Notes: generated from the sequence alone by a model not told the origin. Numbered from the stretch's first letter, positions 1 through 9,544 are shown. The stretch is DNA of 64,000 nucleotides from Candidatus Saganbacteria bacterium (GCA_009772965.1 WPAF01000001.1:78639-142638); one strand, 5' to 3'. Program-made: numbers and translations.

Positions 1-697
1 CGATACGATTGATCGCCAACAAGCACGCAGCAGCAACATCGCCAGCATAAATAAAATCTCTTAGAGTATCTCCTGACCCCCAAATTTCTAAAGGATTTTG
101 ACGCTTCGCCACCTTACAAACCAAGGCAGGCAAAACATGACAGGTCGCTGGATTAAAATCTCCATATTCCCCATAAACAGCGGTAGGCCGAAAGACAATT
201 GTAGACATTTTTCGTTCAAGTTTAGTAGCATACATTTTGCACATTATTTCAAGATATCTATTCATCCATCCTACTGCAAAATTAGAATTACAAGGATCAC
301 CCAAAAACATCTCTTCTTCTTTTGCCGGTCGATCTAAAGGAGGATACCCTGTAGCACTACTCAACCAAACTATTTTTTTAACTCCCGCTTCATAAGCGGC
401 TTCCATCATCTGAAAATTCATCGTAAGATTAGCTATTGCAAAAGAGAGATTTTTGGGCCGGCGATCAATTTTAGCTGCAAACATTATTGCAAAATCAATC
501 TCTTTGACCACTTCTTTGCACTGCTCCATCCGGCTTAAATCTGCAGAAACAAAAGAAATATTTTTTCCTCTGATCCGAAGCTCTTTTCCAAAATCTACAG
601 CTCTAACCAAATAATCATCTTGATTGGTTAATCTCAAAAGAATATGCGAACCAATCAATCCGGCAGCACCAGTTATTAATATGCGTTTAGCGCACAT
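1..697 (-). CDS. NAD-dependent epimerase/dehydratase-like extended SDR (GDP-fucose-synthase-like); C-terminus cut by window edge
   Basis: Absent from the ORF track because there is no stop in the window. Hand translation from ATG at 697-695 gives MCAKRILITGAAGLIGSHILLRL... with a Rossmann GxxGxxG. The start overlaps the upstream stop by 1 nt (TAATG). Paralog of 5576-6571. Confidence 0.7.
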   Translation of the reverse strand, partial: MCAKRILITGAAGLIGSHILLRLTNQDDYLVRAVDFGKELRIRGKNISFVSADLSRMEQCKEVVKEIDFAIMFAAKIDRRPKNLSFAIANLTMNFQMMEAAYEAGVKKIVWLSSATGYPPLDRPAKEEEMFLGDPCNSNFAVGWMNRYLEIMCKMYATKLERKMSTIVFRPTAVYGEYGDFNPATCHVLPALVCKVAKRQNPLEIWGSGDTLRDFIYAGDVAAACLLAINRI

Positions 698-1479
698 TAA
701 AACGCTTTCCCTTCGCCGCCATCCACCGTAATGGTAGCGCCGTTAACCAAACTCGCCTTTTCAGAACAAATAAAAGCCACTACATGGGCAACTTCTTCTG
801 GTGTACCCGGCCGACCCAAAGGGAACTGTTTGTCAGCTAACCTTTTAAACCCTTCAGGATCTTTTTTTCGCGCCTCATCCCACCCCGTATCTGGGATCAT
901 TATGGTTCCGGGCACGATAGTATTAAAAGTTATCCCATCTCTTGCCAATTCGGGCTTTGACGACAAAGTTTTCATGATAGCAATCTCTGAGGATTTGGCC
1001 GCAGAATACCAAGGGCGGCCACCTGTCTCTCGTCCGCATAAAGAACTTATAGTTACAACTCGTCCCCATTTTTGCTTTCGCATATAGGGAAGCGCTTTAA
1101 CCGTAAAACGGGCAGCAGCTAAAGCATTTTTGCTAAACACCTCTTGCCAAACTTTATCATCAGTTTCTTCAATGCTCTCTTTCCCCCATCGCCCACCACC
1201 ACCGACATTGTTAATTAAAATGTGAATAGTCCCCAATTGCCGTATAAAATGTTCCATAATATTTTCTATATCCGCAAGCACCATGGCATCACCAATAAGA
1301 CCCAAAGCTTTTACCCCTTTGGCTTCAATTTCTTTCTTAACCGCATTTACTAATTCCGGTCTGCGTGCACATATTCCGACATTGCATCCTTCTTCTGCCA
1401 GTGCCAGGGCAATAGCTCTCCCAATGCCATGACTTCCGCCAGTCACTAATGCATTTTTCCCCTTCAGCGCAAGCTCCAT
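697..1479 (-). CDS. Classical short-chain dehydrogenase/reductase (FabG-like ketoreductase)
   Basis: TGGSHGIGRAIA cofactor motif, NNVGGGG, and YSAAK (YxxxK). SD taaggag lies upstream of the ATG. Confidence 0.85.
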   Translation of the reverse strand: MELALKGKNALVTGGSHGIGRAIALALAEEGCNVGICARRPELVNAVKKEIEAKGVKALGLIGDAMVLADIENIMEHFIRQLGTIHILINNVGGGGRWGKESIEETDDKVWQEVFSKNALAAARFTVKALPYMRKQKWGRVVTISSLCGRETGGRPWYSAAKSSEIAIMKTLSSKPELARDGITFNTIVPGTIMIPDTGWDEARKKDPEGFKRLADKQFPLGRPGTPEEVAHVVAFICSEKASLVNGATITVDGGEGKAF

Positions 1480-1543
1480 ATAATCTCCTTAGTTTTTCAT
1501 TCCAACAAACACTTTACCGCAAAAAAGTGGTTTATTAAACTTT

Positions 1544-2584
1544 TTAAAATGGTCCTTTAAATCTATTTTCATGGCTATAGAAAGACTCTCCAGTCAAATC
1601 CATTGGTTCAAGACCAAGTTTTTTTTCAACCGACCTTATTATAGTTACAGCATTAGGATAGAAACAATTTTCTAAATGTCTTGCTGTCGGACAAGGTGTA
1701 TGCGCAAATCCAATCCGCTCAATAGGAGATTTTAGAACGCCAAAACACTTTTCGTAAATTTTGGTTGCAATTTCCGCGCTCACACCGAAATCCACCCAAT
1801 CATTATCTGCTATTATACAATGACCTGTTTTTTTGACGGATTTAATAATAATCTCATCATTTAAAGGAGCGATAGTCCTAGGATCAACAACTTCTACGCT
1901 TATACCAATTTTTTCCAAAACATCAGCAGCCTTAACAGCTTCAACATTCATCCATGAAGTGGCAACAATGGTTATATCTTTTCCTTTCTTCAAAATATTC
2001 GCTTCGCCAATTGGTATGCTGTAAGGTTCCTCAGGAACATCTCCAACTTGCCAATATAACCATCTATGCTCAATAAGAATAACTGGATTATCATCACGAA
2101 TTGCTGCAATAAGCAGTCCTTTTGCATCTTTAGGAGTAGTGGGAAGAACCACCTTCAAACCTGGGATATGGGCAAAGGTTGAAAACATGCTTTTGCTGTG
2201 TTGAAATGATTGTCCCCACCCCCTGCCAACCACAGCTCTAATAACCAAGGGCACTTTTAATGTTCCTCCAGTCCCGTATCTATAGCAAGAAATCATGTTT
2301 GCAAGTTGATTTATTGCCAAAAGCAAAAAGTCAACGCGAATATGAACATGTATTGGCCTCATTTTATTAATTGCAGCACCCAATCCAAAGCCAGTCATAG
2401 CATCTTCAGAAATAGGCGTGTCAAAGCATCTTTCTTTCCCAAACTTCTTTAATAGCCCAACCGTACTTCCAAACACACCCACATGGTCAGGAACACCTAT
2501 CCCATAAACAAAAATATTCGAATCTCGCTCCATTTCCTGCAACATTGCTTCATTCAGTGCTTCACAATAAGTAATATTCCTCAT
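1544..2584 (-). CDS. ThDP-dependent 2-oxoacid dehydrogenase E1 beta-like subunit (transketolase Pyr + C-terminal domains), orphan pair 1
   Basis: FGKERCFDTPISEDAMTGFGLGAA and PIHVHIRVDFLLLAINQL are typical E1-beta motifs. 4-nt overlap with the alpha gene. Confidence 0.85.
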   Translation of the reverse strand: MRNITYCEALNEAMLQEMERDSNIFVYGIGVPDHVGVFGSTVGLLKKFGKERCFDTPISEDAMTGFGLGAAINKMRPIHVHIRVDFLLLAINQLANMISCYRYGTGGTLKVPLVIRAVVGRGWGQSFQHSKSMFSTFAHIPGLKVVLPTTPKDAKGLLIAAIRDDNPVILIEHRWLYWQVGDVPEEPYSIPIGEANILKKGKDITIVATSWMNVEAVKAADVLEKIGISVEVVDPRTIAPLNDEIIIKSVKKTGHCIIADNDWVDFGVSAEIATKIYEKCFGVLKSPIERIGFAHTPCPTARHLENCFYPNAVTIIRSVEKKLGLEPMDLTGESFYSHENRFKGPF

Positions 2585-3552
2585 ATAACAGCCTCATTGT
2601 CACTAAATATATCTTTATACAATTCAGATTCGTCTGCAAAAGGGGCTTTCTTGGCTAAAAATATGCTCTTCTCGATTTTTTTATCAATTTGAAGCTCAAT
2701 TATTTCCAATTCTTTTCCATATCCTAATGCTAGCAATTTACTTTTTTGTAATTTTATAGGATCTCTTTTAGCCCAATCTATATATTCATTTTTTGAACGG
2801 TAACCAATATTAAAATCCTCATTAATCCCCACATGCTCAAGATACCTATAATATTTCAAATGAAGAAAACAAGGCATTTGATTTTCTTCATTCAATTTAA
2901 TTGCTTTTAAAACTAACTTATAAATTGTTTCAGCATCAGTTGATTCCTCTTTTAAAACATTGCACTTAAACTTACCAACAATGTCTGTTATTGAATCATA
3001 TCCATGCCTTTCAGATTCTGAAGTGTGAACAGCAAGCCCATTATCTTCACAAACAAACAAAACTGGTATTTTCATAAGGCAAGCAAGGTTTAAGCTTTCC
3101 CAAAAAGTACCTTCTTCAATAGCGCCATCGCCAAAAAACACGGCAACCATTTTTTTGTTTTTCAGTCTTAAATTTGCAAAAGCAGCTCCAACAGCAACTG
3201 AAATATGACTAGCCACAATTGCAGATGCTCCCATAAAACCTCTATTAGGATCACATAAATGCATTGATCCGCTTTTTCCTTTTTGCATCGAAGACACTTT
3301 CCCACACATTTCAGCAAAGAAATTATCAGTGTTTTCAGTTTTTGCCAAATATAAGGCATGAGATCGATAAGTACCAAAAACCTGATCATCATGACTTAAG
3401 GCATGACAAACCCCAACTACAATAGCTTCTTCTCCCATAGACATATGCATAGGAGTTTTCATCTCATTTTCAGGATATAATCTACGAATTTCTTCTTCCG
3501 ATTTTCTTATAAGATATAGCTTTCTATAAATATCCATACTTAAATTTGACAT
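2581..3552 (-). CDS. ThDP-dependent E1 alpha-like subunit, orphan pair 1
   Basis: ThDP-binding motif GDGAIEEGTFWESLNLACLMKIPVLFVCEDNG; GSMHL motif. Confidence 0.85.
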   Translation of the reverse strand: MSNLSMDIYRKLYLIRKSEEEIRRLYPENEMKTPMHMSMGEEAIVVGVCHALSHDDQVFGTYRSHALYLAKTENTDNFFAEMCGKVSSMQKGKSGSMHLCDPNRGFMGASAIVASHISVAVGAAFANLRLKNKKMVAVFFGDGAIEEGTFWESLNLACLMKIPVLFVCEDNGLAVHTSESERHGYDSITDIVGKFKCNVLKEESTDAETIYKLVLKAIKLNEENQMPCFLHLKYYRYLEHVGINEDFNIGYRSKNEYIDWAKRDPIKLQKSKLLALGYGKELEIIELQIDKKIEKSIFLAKKAPFADESELYKDIFSDNEAVI

Positions 3553-3572
3553 TATCTACTCTTCCTTAGGAA

Positions 3573-5579
3573 TTATCCATTTTGCTCTGTTTCGTTTTCA
3601 ATTTTAGGCTCACTGTTTGATTCCAAACATTCATTCAAATAAGCTCCCTTTTTTGTCCCATACCAGACAACTTCCCGGCACCATTCTTCCCATGTTTTCC
3701 GCTTGTTTTTGTCCCTATCGATCTGGTATTGGCATTTTCTCTTTTCCAAATGAATTTTTTCTCCATTTAGAGTTTTACGGTAAATATCATAAATGTTGTA
3801 ATCAAGGGTTATTTCTTCTTTCTCATTCGTAAAAGGCAATTTAATAAGCGCATTATTCAGCCGAATAGAATCGCCCAATAATCCATCCGGCAATTCTATT
3901 CGCTTGTTTTTTATGTATTCTTCGATGGCATCACTAGCTTCGTCATAGAACTGTTGCAAACCATTCTCATAACAAAGTTTTATAAAAACGTATTCATCAA
4001 CCGGCCACCAAATATTAAGCCACTCTTCGGAAGCAATATATTCATTGCTGCCCTGCTGGATTTCTTTCGCTTTTTTGATAAATGTTTCGTTTATTTCTGC
4101 TATCCTTTTTCGCTCACTGGTGTTTTTCATAAATATTTCAATCAACTCGCGATAGCTCACTTCTGCAACTTGATTCATTATAACAAAAACAAGCTGCATC
4201 AATTTATTAAAATGCAACAAAGATGTCACCCAGCAAAACACTCTGGCTTTTACCCATTCTTTTGCAGGCATCGTTTTCGTCCCCACAACAAGATATTGTT
4301 TTTCAGATATTTCCGAATGAACACTAATGCTTGTATGGTGCGGCGTATTAATAGATTCCACAATTTGCATGCCGTATTTAGATTGGTAGTCGGGATGGGA
4401 CATCTCCGTGTTATTTAAAATCGATAAATTAATAAACTGAATTCGATTATGCTGTCCGCTGCCAATCACACTTGCCACGCCTTCCGTAAAACTTTCATAG
4501 CTCTCGTTAGGCAACGCCAAAATCATGTCGCTGAAAGTAGATATATTATTTTTTGCAAACATTTTTTGCAGGTCTGCGTACGTCTTATTGTTTATGTTGC
4601 TACGATTGATGCTCTCTAATGTTTCTTGGTTCACAGATTGAAGCGCTAGGTTCACTCCTTTCTGTAGTCCGGAATCATTCAATATTTTTTGTATTTCAAA
4701 AATGCTTGCAGTAGAATTCTTGGTGTTTTGCACCGAAAAAGCCTCGGGATAACCATACTTTTCCTTGTTTTCCGCAACTTTTTTCGCTATTGCCATATCC
4801 CTTTTTAAAATTCCAAAATTAGCATCACAGCAGAAAACAAATTGAATTTTATTTTTGCTTATCCAATCAATTTCACAAAAAACCCGGTCTTGCGGAAATT
4901 GGAGAACTTTATTCCTTGTTTTATCTCCCCAGTAACAGTAGGAACAAGAAAAAGGGCATCCACGATTTGTTTCAATCAAAGCCGACCATTTTACATTGGG
5001 ATTAGCAGCCAATAAAGGATCAAAAGTCCCTTCCAAGTAGGGAGACGGGATCTCATTCAAGTCCTCTATTCTCTCCGAGGCACCATTAAAACAAAAAAGA
5101 CCTTCTTTGCCAAGAAAACCTATGGAAGGCACATTGTCCCATGAACGCTGCCTCGCACTCTCCAGAATTTTTAAAAATATTATTTCGCCTTCACCGTAAC
5201 AACCAATATCAATATATCTATGCTTCTTTAGAAATGTTTCCATTTCTTCCTTATTTTCAGGCACCTCGGGTCCCCCAAAAACAATTCTGCACTTCGGCGC
5301 ATTTAACTTGACTCTCTTTGCAATCTCAAGACTATTTTGATAATTCCAATTATAAACGCTAAAAAATATTATATCTGCAGATAAAAGATCTTTTACTTCC
5401 CTATCTATATCATCCTTTTTATAAATTGGCAGGAGAAAACAATAGTTTTCAGGGTTTTTCAGTTTCTTTTGGGCGTAGGATTGCAAAAGACCTATCGAAT
5501 ACGGCAGATAATACTGATCTCCGAATTTGTCGCCAATCTGAACCAATCCTACTGTTGTTTTACTGCTATTTTTATTCAT
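3573..5579 (-). CDS. Cobalamin(B12)-binding-domain radical SAM enzyme (class B)
   Basis: CxxxCxxC in NRGCPFSCSYCYW, preceded by an N-terminal Rossmann-like B12-binding region. 668 aa with a long C-terminal extension. Confidence 0.85.
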   Translation of the reverse strand: MNKNSSKTTVGLVQIGDKFGDQYYLPYSIGLLQSYAQKKLKNPENYCFLLPIYKKDDIDREVKDLLSADIIFFSVYNWNYQNSLEIAKRVKLNAPKCRIVFGGPEVPENKEEMETFLKKHRYIDIGCYGEGEIIFLKILESARQRSWDNVPSIGFLGKEGLFCFNGASERIEDLNEIPSPYLEGTFDPLLAANPNVKWSALIETNRGCPFSCSYCYWGDKTRNKVLQFPQDRVFCEIDWISKNKIQFVFCCDANFGILKRDMAIAKKVAENKEKYGYPEAFSVQNTKNSTASIFEIQKILNDSGLQKGVNLALQSVNQETLESINRSNINNKTYADLQKMFAKNNISTFSDMILALPNESYESFTEGVASVIGSGQHNRIQFINLSILNNTEMSHPDYQSKYGMQIVESINTPHHTSISVHSEISEKQYLVVGTKTMPAKEWVKARVFCWVTSLLHFNKLMQLVFVIMNQVAEVSYRELIEIFMKNTSERKRIAEINETFIKKAKEIQQGSNEYIASEEWLNIWWPVDEYVFIKLCYENGLQQFYDEASDAIEEYIKNKRIELPDGLLGDSIRLNNALIKLPFTNEKEEITLDYNIYDIYRKTLNGEKIHLEKRKCQYQIDRDKNKRKTWEEWCREVVWYGTKKGAYLNECLESNSEPKIENETEQNG

Positions 5580-6571
5580 ATTTTTGCAACAAAATAACTC
5601 TTTTTATTCTTATATTCCTTGGGATTTTGAATAAACCATTCCCAAGTTTTTTTTAACCCTTCCTTAAGAGTTGTTTTTGGGCGATAATTTATGCTTTTCT
5701 CAGCTAAAGATATATCCATTATTCTTTTATTTGCTCCTGTTGGCATACTTGCATCAAAAATATACTTAAAATCAATAATTGAAGCCAACGTTTCCATTAG
5801 CTCTTTAATTGAAATAGGTTTACCGCTTCCGAGGTTTACAAAGCCGGAAGGAGTTCCATAGTATAATGCTTGTATAATACCTTCAGCCACATCACGGCTA
5901 TAAACAAAATCTCTAATTGCACTCCCATTACCCCAGACAACCAGCGGCTGTTCCTTGTGCAGTATGCGATAAAGCAAAGAAGGGATAACCAAGGAATTCG
6001 CGGGATCAAAATTGTCTCCCGGCCCATAGACGTTGGATGGCCTGACGATCGCAAAATTATCCAGACCGTGCTCCTCTCCATATGCAAAGATCTGCGCCTC
6101 CGCCATTCTTTTTGCCCAGCCCGCAAAATCCATTGGATTGCTGTCGATCCGATATTCAGATTCCTTAAATATTTCCGCAGGAGCATAAGCGCCAACCGAA
6201 CTCGTGTATACTATTTTTTTGACTTTATTGAGCCGACAGGCCTCCAGGACATTGCTGTTCATCATCAGCATCGGCACAAAATGGCTGGCGGCTTTTTCCT
6301 TAGCAGCTTTAACCGACGCCCCGATCCCGGCAATATGGAAAACAAAGTCCATGTCTTCGGTCAGCTTTTTACAAAGGTCGAAGGAAGTCAGATCTCCGAT
6401 TATATATTCAGCTTTTTTATTCAGCCTGAGGCTATCCAAGGAAACAATCTTCAGGTGGGCCCCGGTGTCTGCCAAAATATCCGCGACTTGCCTACCGATC
6501 AATCCGGTTCCACCAGTGACTAAAATATCTTTTTTATTAAAACTCTCTAAAATATCTTTACTTATCACCAT
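5576..6571 (-). CDS. NAD-dependent epimerase/dehydratase-like extended SDR (GDP-fucose-synthase-like)
   Basis: [14 protein letters not shown] Rossmann motif. The track ORF extends to 6622, but the ATG at 6571 (MVISKD...) sits 1 nt after the upstream stop and removes a 50-nt overlap. Expected YxxxK region reads DFAGWAKRMAE. Confidence 0.75.
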   Translation of the reverse strand: MVISKDILESFNKKDILVTGGTGLIGRQVADILADTGAHLKIVSLDSLRLNKKAEYIIGDLTSFDLCKKLTEDMDFVFHIAGIGASVKAAKEKAASHFVPMLMMNSNVLEACRLNKVKKIVYTSSVGAYAPAEIFKESEYRIDSNPMDFAGWAKRMAEAQIFAYGEEHGLDNFAIVRPSNVYGPGDNFDPANSLVIPSLLYRILHKEQPLVVWGNGSAIRDFVYSRDVAEGIIQALYYGTPSGFVNLGSGKPISIKELMETLASIIDFKYIFDASMPTGANKRIMDISLAEKSINYRPKTTLKEGLKKTWEWFIQNPKEYKNKKSYFVAKI

Positions 6572-6572
6572 G

Positions 6573-7631
6573 TCAAAACGGCCCCTTGAACTCTTTATAT
6601 AGCGTCTTCTTATATTCTTCATCCGGCAATGATTGATTATGTTTTTCCTTGCCAGAACAAAGCTGATAAATATTATCTACAATATCTCCCATATCAGCAT
6701 AAAAATGTTTTTCTAACGCCTTTGTCGTCGGACAGGGAGATTTGGCCATCGAAATTTCCTTTAATGGGACTTTTAAACTGTCAGGTGCATTAACAGCAAT
6801 TATTCTCGCCACTTCCGCGCAAACCCCAAAAGAAGCCCAGCTTGTATCAGCCACAATCACTTTTCCAGTTTTTTTAACACTTTCCAATATCATGTCGACA
6901 TCGGGATGCGTCAGGCAATTAATATCTATGATCTCGACTTCTATCCCGGCTTTTTCTTTTACGTATTTTGCCGCCCGCTGTGCTTCTTGCACCATAACGG
7001 AAACAGCAACGATCGTTACGTCGCTTCCTTTTCTGATAAGATATGAGGTAAAAGGATTTTGGTCATCTCTCCGCTCTTTTACTTCAAAACTATAATCGTA
7101 TTGCAATCGATGTTCGAAGGATATCACCGGAGATTTATATTCATTTACAGCATATCGGTAACAATCCATAATGCTCTGCGCCGCCGACGGCATAATGACT
7201 GTCAATCCGGGAACATGAGAAAAAAGAGATTGCAGGCTTTGTGAATGCTGCGCCCCTTGCCCCCAACTTCGCCCGATCACTCCGCGAACCAGCATCGGCA
7301 CGGTAAAACAGCCACCGTACATATATTTGTACTTGGCGGCAGAATTAACCAGCTGGTTCATCGCTAACAGCATGAAATCATTCCTGATATGCGTGTGGAT
7401 GGGATAATAACCGCTCAGAGCCAGCCCAATGCCTAAACCAGTCATGGCATCCTCGGAGATCGGCGTATCGAAGACTCGCTCTTTGCCAAATTCTTTTTCC
7501 AGCCCAAGCGTCGTACCGAATATCCCCGTATGGTCAGTTACGCCAAGTCCGTAAAGCACGGTTTTAGGATTATCTCTTAGTGCCTCACGCATTGCTTTTG
7601 CCAGCGCTTGCCTGTAAGTCATTGTTGCCAT
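6573..7631 (-). CDS. ThDP-dependent E1 beta-like subunit, orphan pair 2
   Basis: FGKERVFDTPISEDAMTGLGIG and PIHTHIRNDFMLLAMNQL. 1-nt overlap with the alpha gene. Confidence 0.85.
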   Translation of the reverse strand: MATMTYRQALAKAMREALRDNPKTVLYGLGVTDHTGIFGTTLGLEKEFGKERVFDTPISEDAMTGLGIGLALSGYYPIHTHIRNDFMLLAMNQLVNSAAKYKYMYGGCFTVPMLVRGVIGRSWGQGAQHSQSLQSLFSHVPGLTVIMPSAAQSIMDCYRYAVNEYKSPVISFEHRLQYDYSFEVKERRDDQNPFTSYLIRKGSDVTIVAVSVMVQEAQRAAKYVKEKAGIEVEIIDINCLTHPDVDMILESVKKTGKVIVADTSWASFGVCAEVARIIAVNAPDSLKVPLKEISMAKSPCPTTKALEKHFYADMGDIVDNIYQLCSGKEKHNQSLPDEEYKKTLYKEFKGPF

Positions 7632-8551
7632 TAATAAACGTCCTTCAGAAGCTCTTCCCGCGGCGGAAAACCACTTTTTTCCGCAAAATTTACCGCTTCT
7701 GCTATTTCATTTTCGATCCTTCCCCTGTATTTTTCAATCAGCGCCCTGTTCCCGACCAGTGGATCCCGGCGCATCCATTCTTCCAGTTCTTTTCTCCCTC
7801 TGTAACCTTTATCATAATCCTCAGCAACACCAACATGTCCTTTATACCTATAAGTCATAATCTCAAGAAGGAAGGGTCGTTTAGTGTTTACAATTCCTTC
7901 CCTTATCTTTATTGTTTTTTCAAAAATATTTTCCATATCAAAGCCATCTTCTGCTAAAAAATAATCAATGCCATACGATCCAGCTAATGCTCCAAGTGTG
8001 TATGACTGCCTGATGCAGAGCGGCGCATGGATCGCCAAGCCATTATTCTCAATTACATAAAGTATTGGCAGATTCTTCAAAGAAGAAAAATTCAGGCATT
8101 CGTGAAAAGCCCCCTCTTCAGTCGCGCCATCGCCCGCCAAGGCAACTGCAATCTTAGATTCTTTCTTTAATTTTGCCGCGTAGGCAACGCCCATTGCGTG
8201 AGAAAAAATCGAACCAACTATCGCGGATGATCCCATCGAACCGTTAGCAGGAGAACAAAGATGCATTGATCCGGCTTTGCCCTTTGCCATGCCGGAATGT
8301 TTACCATACAATTCGGCAAACATTGCTTTCAAGTCTCCTCCCTTGGCAAGATAAGGCGCATGGCTTCGGTAGGTTGCAAAGACCATGTCATCCTTTTTCA
8401 GCGCTGCACAGATGGCAACAACATGATGCTCCTGGCCAATGGAGAGATGAACAGGGCTCTGGATCTTATCAGAAGGGTAGATTTCCACGATCTTTTCTTC
8501 AATCATTCTTATCCTGAGAGCCTGATAAAATAATTTTTCGAATGTATCCAT
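7631..8551 (-). CDS. ThDP-dependent E1 alpha-like subunit, orphan pair 2
   Basis: GDGATEEGAFHECLNFSSLKNLPILYVIENNG ThDP motif; GSMHL. Confidence 0.85.
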   Translation of the reverse strand: MDTFEKLFYQALRIRMIEEKIVEIYPSDKIQSPVHLSIGQEHHVVAICAALKKDDMVFATYRSHAPYLAKGGDLKAMFAELYGKHSGMAKGKAGSMHLCSPANGSMGSSAIVGSIFSHAMGVAYAAKLKKESKIAVALAGDGATEEGAFHECLNFSSLKNLPILYVIENNGLAIHAPLCIRQSYTLGALAGSYGIDYFLAEDGFDMENIFEKTIKIREGIVNTKRPFLLEIMTYRYKGHVGVAEDYDKGYRGRKELEEWMRRDPLVGNRALIEKYRGRIENEIAEAVNFAEKSGFPPREELLKDVY

Positions 8552-9541
8552 TTAAACTGTTTCCCTGGCGACAGCTTCACGGCAATGGTCTAAGAGATAT
8601 TGAACGCTTTCTTCAAAAGAATATTTCGGCTGCCAGCCAGTCTCTTTTTTGAATTTACTCACGTCCGGAACCTGCAGCGTCACATCCGCAGGGCGCAAAA
8701 GTTTCGGATCGACTTCACTTTTGATCGGCACCCGCGCAAGTTTTTTTAATAACTCCATGAATTCACCTACTTTTATCGTAGTCGGACCGCCGATATTGTA
8801 AACTTCTCCATAACGGCATTTGAGCAACGCTACCCAGTATGATTCCATAGCATCGCGAACATCAATAATGGTCCGTATCGAATCCAGGTTTCCGTGAAGC
8901 AGTATTTTTTGCTGCCCAGCTTCGATCCTGGCGACTTGCATCGTAAAAGAGGTCGCAAAAAGATCTTGCCTCCTTGGATTCAGGTATGCAAACATCCTGG
9001 TTCGTATGATCTTCATCTTATAACTGAGGTAATAGGTATAACCCAGCAGATCCTGCGCTACTTTTGAGACGGCGTAAGGGCTGGAGGGATTGATCGGGCA
9101 ATCTTCTTTGATCGGAACATTCTTCGGGTCAACCTGGCCGTAAACCTCCGAAGTGCTGCAAAGCTGGACAACAGGGTCGAGCTCTGCGATCCTGATCCCT
9201 TCCAGCAGATTTGCTGTCCCCATAATATTGTTGTTCAAGACCGAAAGCGGAGTGATAAAAGAGGCGCGCACATTGGCATGGGAGGCAAGATGGAATATCC
9301 CGTCAGGTTTTACCTGTTTCAAGGTGGAAAGAACAGAACTCAGATCGTTCAGGTCGCATTCATGCACCGTCACATTGTCCCTGATATTACGCAGATTTTC
9401 GTTGGCTGCGGTGCTGTGCCATCTCGATATCCCGTGCACCTCAATTTCGGGGTGATGATTAACTACGTATTCAGCCAGATAGCTTCCGCCTGAACCGGAC
9501 ATCCCCGTAATGATCACTTTTCTTATTTTTCTTTCGCTCAT
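8552..9541 (-). CDS. Extended SDR of the GDP-mannose 4,6-dehydratase / GDP-4-keto-6-deoxymannose reductase type
   Basis: ITGMSGSGGSYLAEYV, STSEVYG, SPYAVSK (intact S/Y/K triad), and C-terminal LRPADV...GWQPKYSFEE. Confidence 0.7.
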   Translation of the reverse strand: MSERKIRKVIITGMSGSGGSYLAEYVVNHHPEIEVHGISRWHSTAANENLRNIRDNVTVHECDLNDLSSVLSTLKQVKPDGIFHLASHANVRASFITPLSVLNNNIMGTANLLEGIRIAELDPVVQLCSTSEVYGQVDPKNVPIKEDCPINPSSPYAVSKVAQDLLGYTYYLSYKMKIIRTRMFAYLNPRRQDLFATSFTMQVARIEAGQQKILLHGNLDSIRTIIDVRDAMESYWVALLKCRYGEVYNIGGPTTIKVGEFMELLKKLARVPIKSEVDPKLLRPADVTLQVPDVSKFKKETGWQPKYSFEESVQYLLDHCREAVARETV

Positions 9542-9544
9542 AGG

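Noticed and set aside
731-1087. Plus-strand ORFs from the six-frame track that lie antisense to strong minus-strand genes. Examples are 98-337, 731-1087, 3954-4418, 5870-6523, 6204-6602, 40098-40532, 55200-56048, 56553-57008, 61938-62435 and 62436-62861.
   Set aside because: Each is fully contained in a minus-strand CDS with clear family motifs. Their translations are low-complexity or hydrophobic with no recognisable motif, as expected for shadow ORFs in AT-rich DNA.
1510-1529. Possible hairpin (CACTTT-N8-AAAGTG) in the 64-nt gap between the E1 beta gene and the FabG-like gene, considered as an intrinsic terminator or attenuator.
   Set aside because: It is only a 6-bp AT-rich stem with an 8-nt loop and a weak T-tract. 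That is too weak to call, and the downstream gene has its own SD, so read-through is plausible.
1544-8551. Phosphonate-type chemistry (phosphonopyruvate decarboxylase) as an explanation for the ThDP enzymes.
   Set aside because: The subunits have E1 alpha and transketolase-like beta architecture rather than the acetolactate-synthase/sulfopyruvate-decarboxylase type. No PEP mutase-like gene is present in the window.
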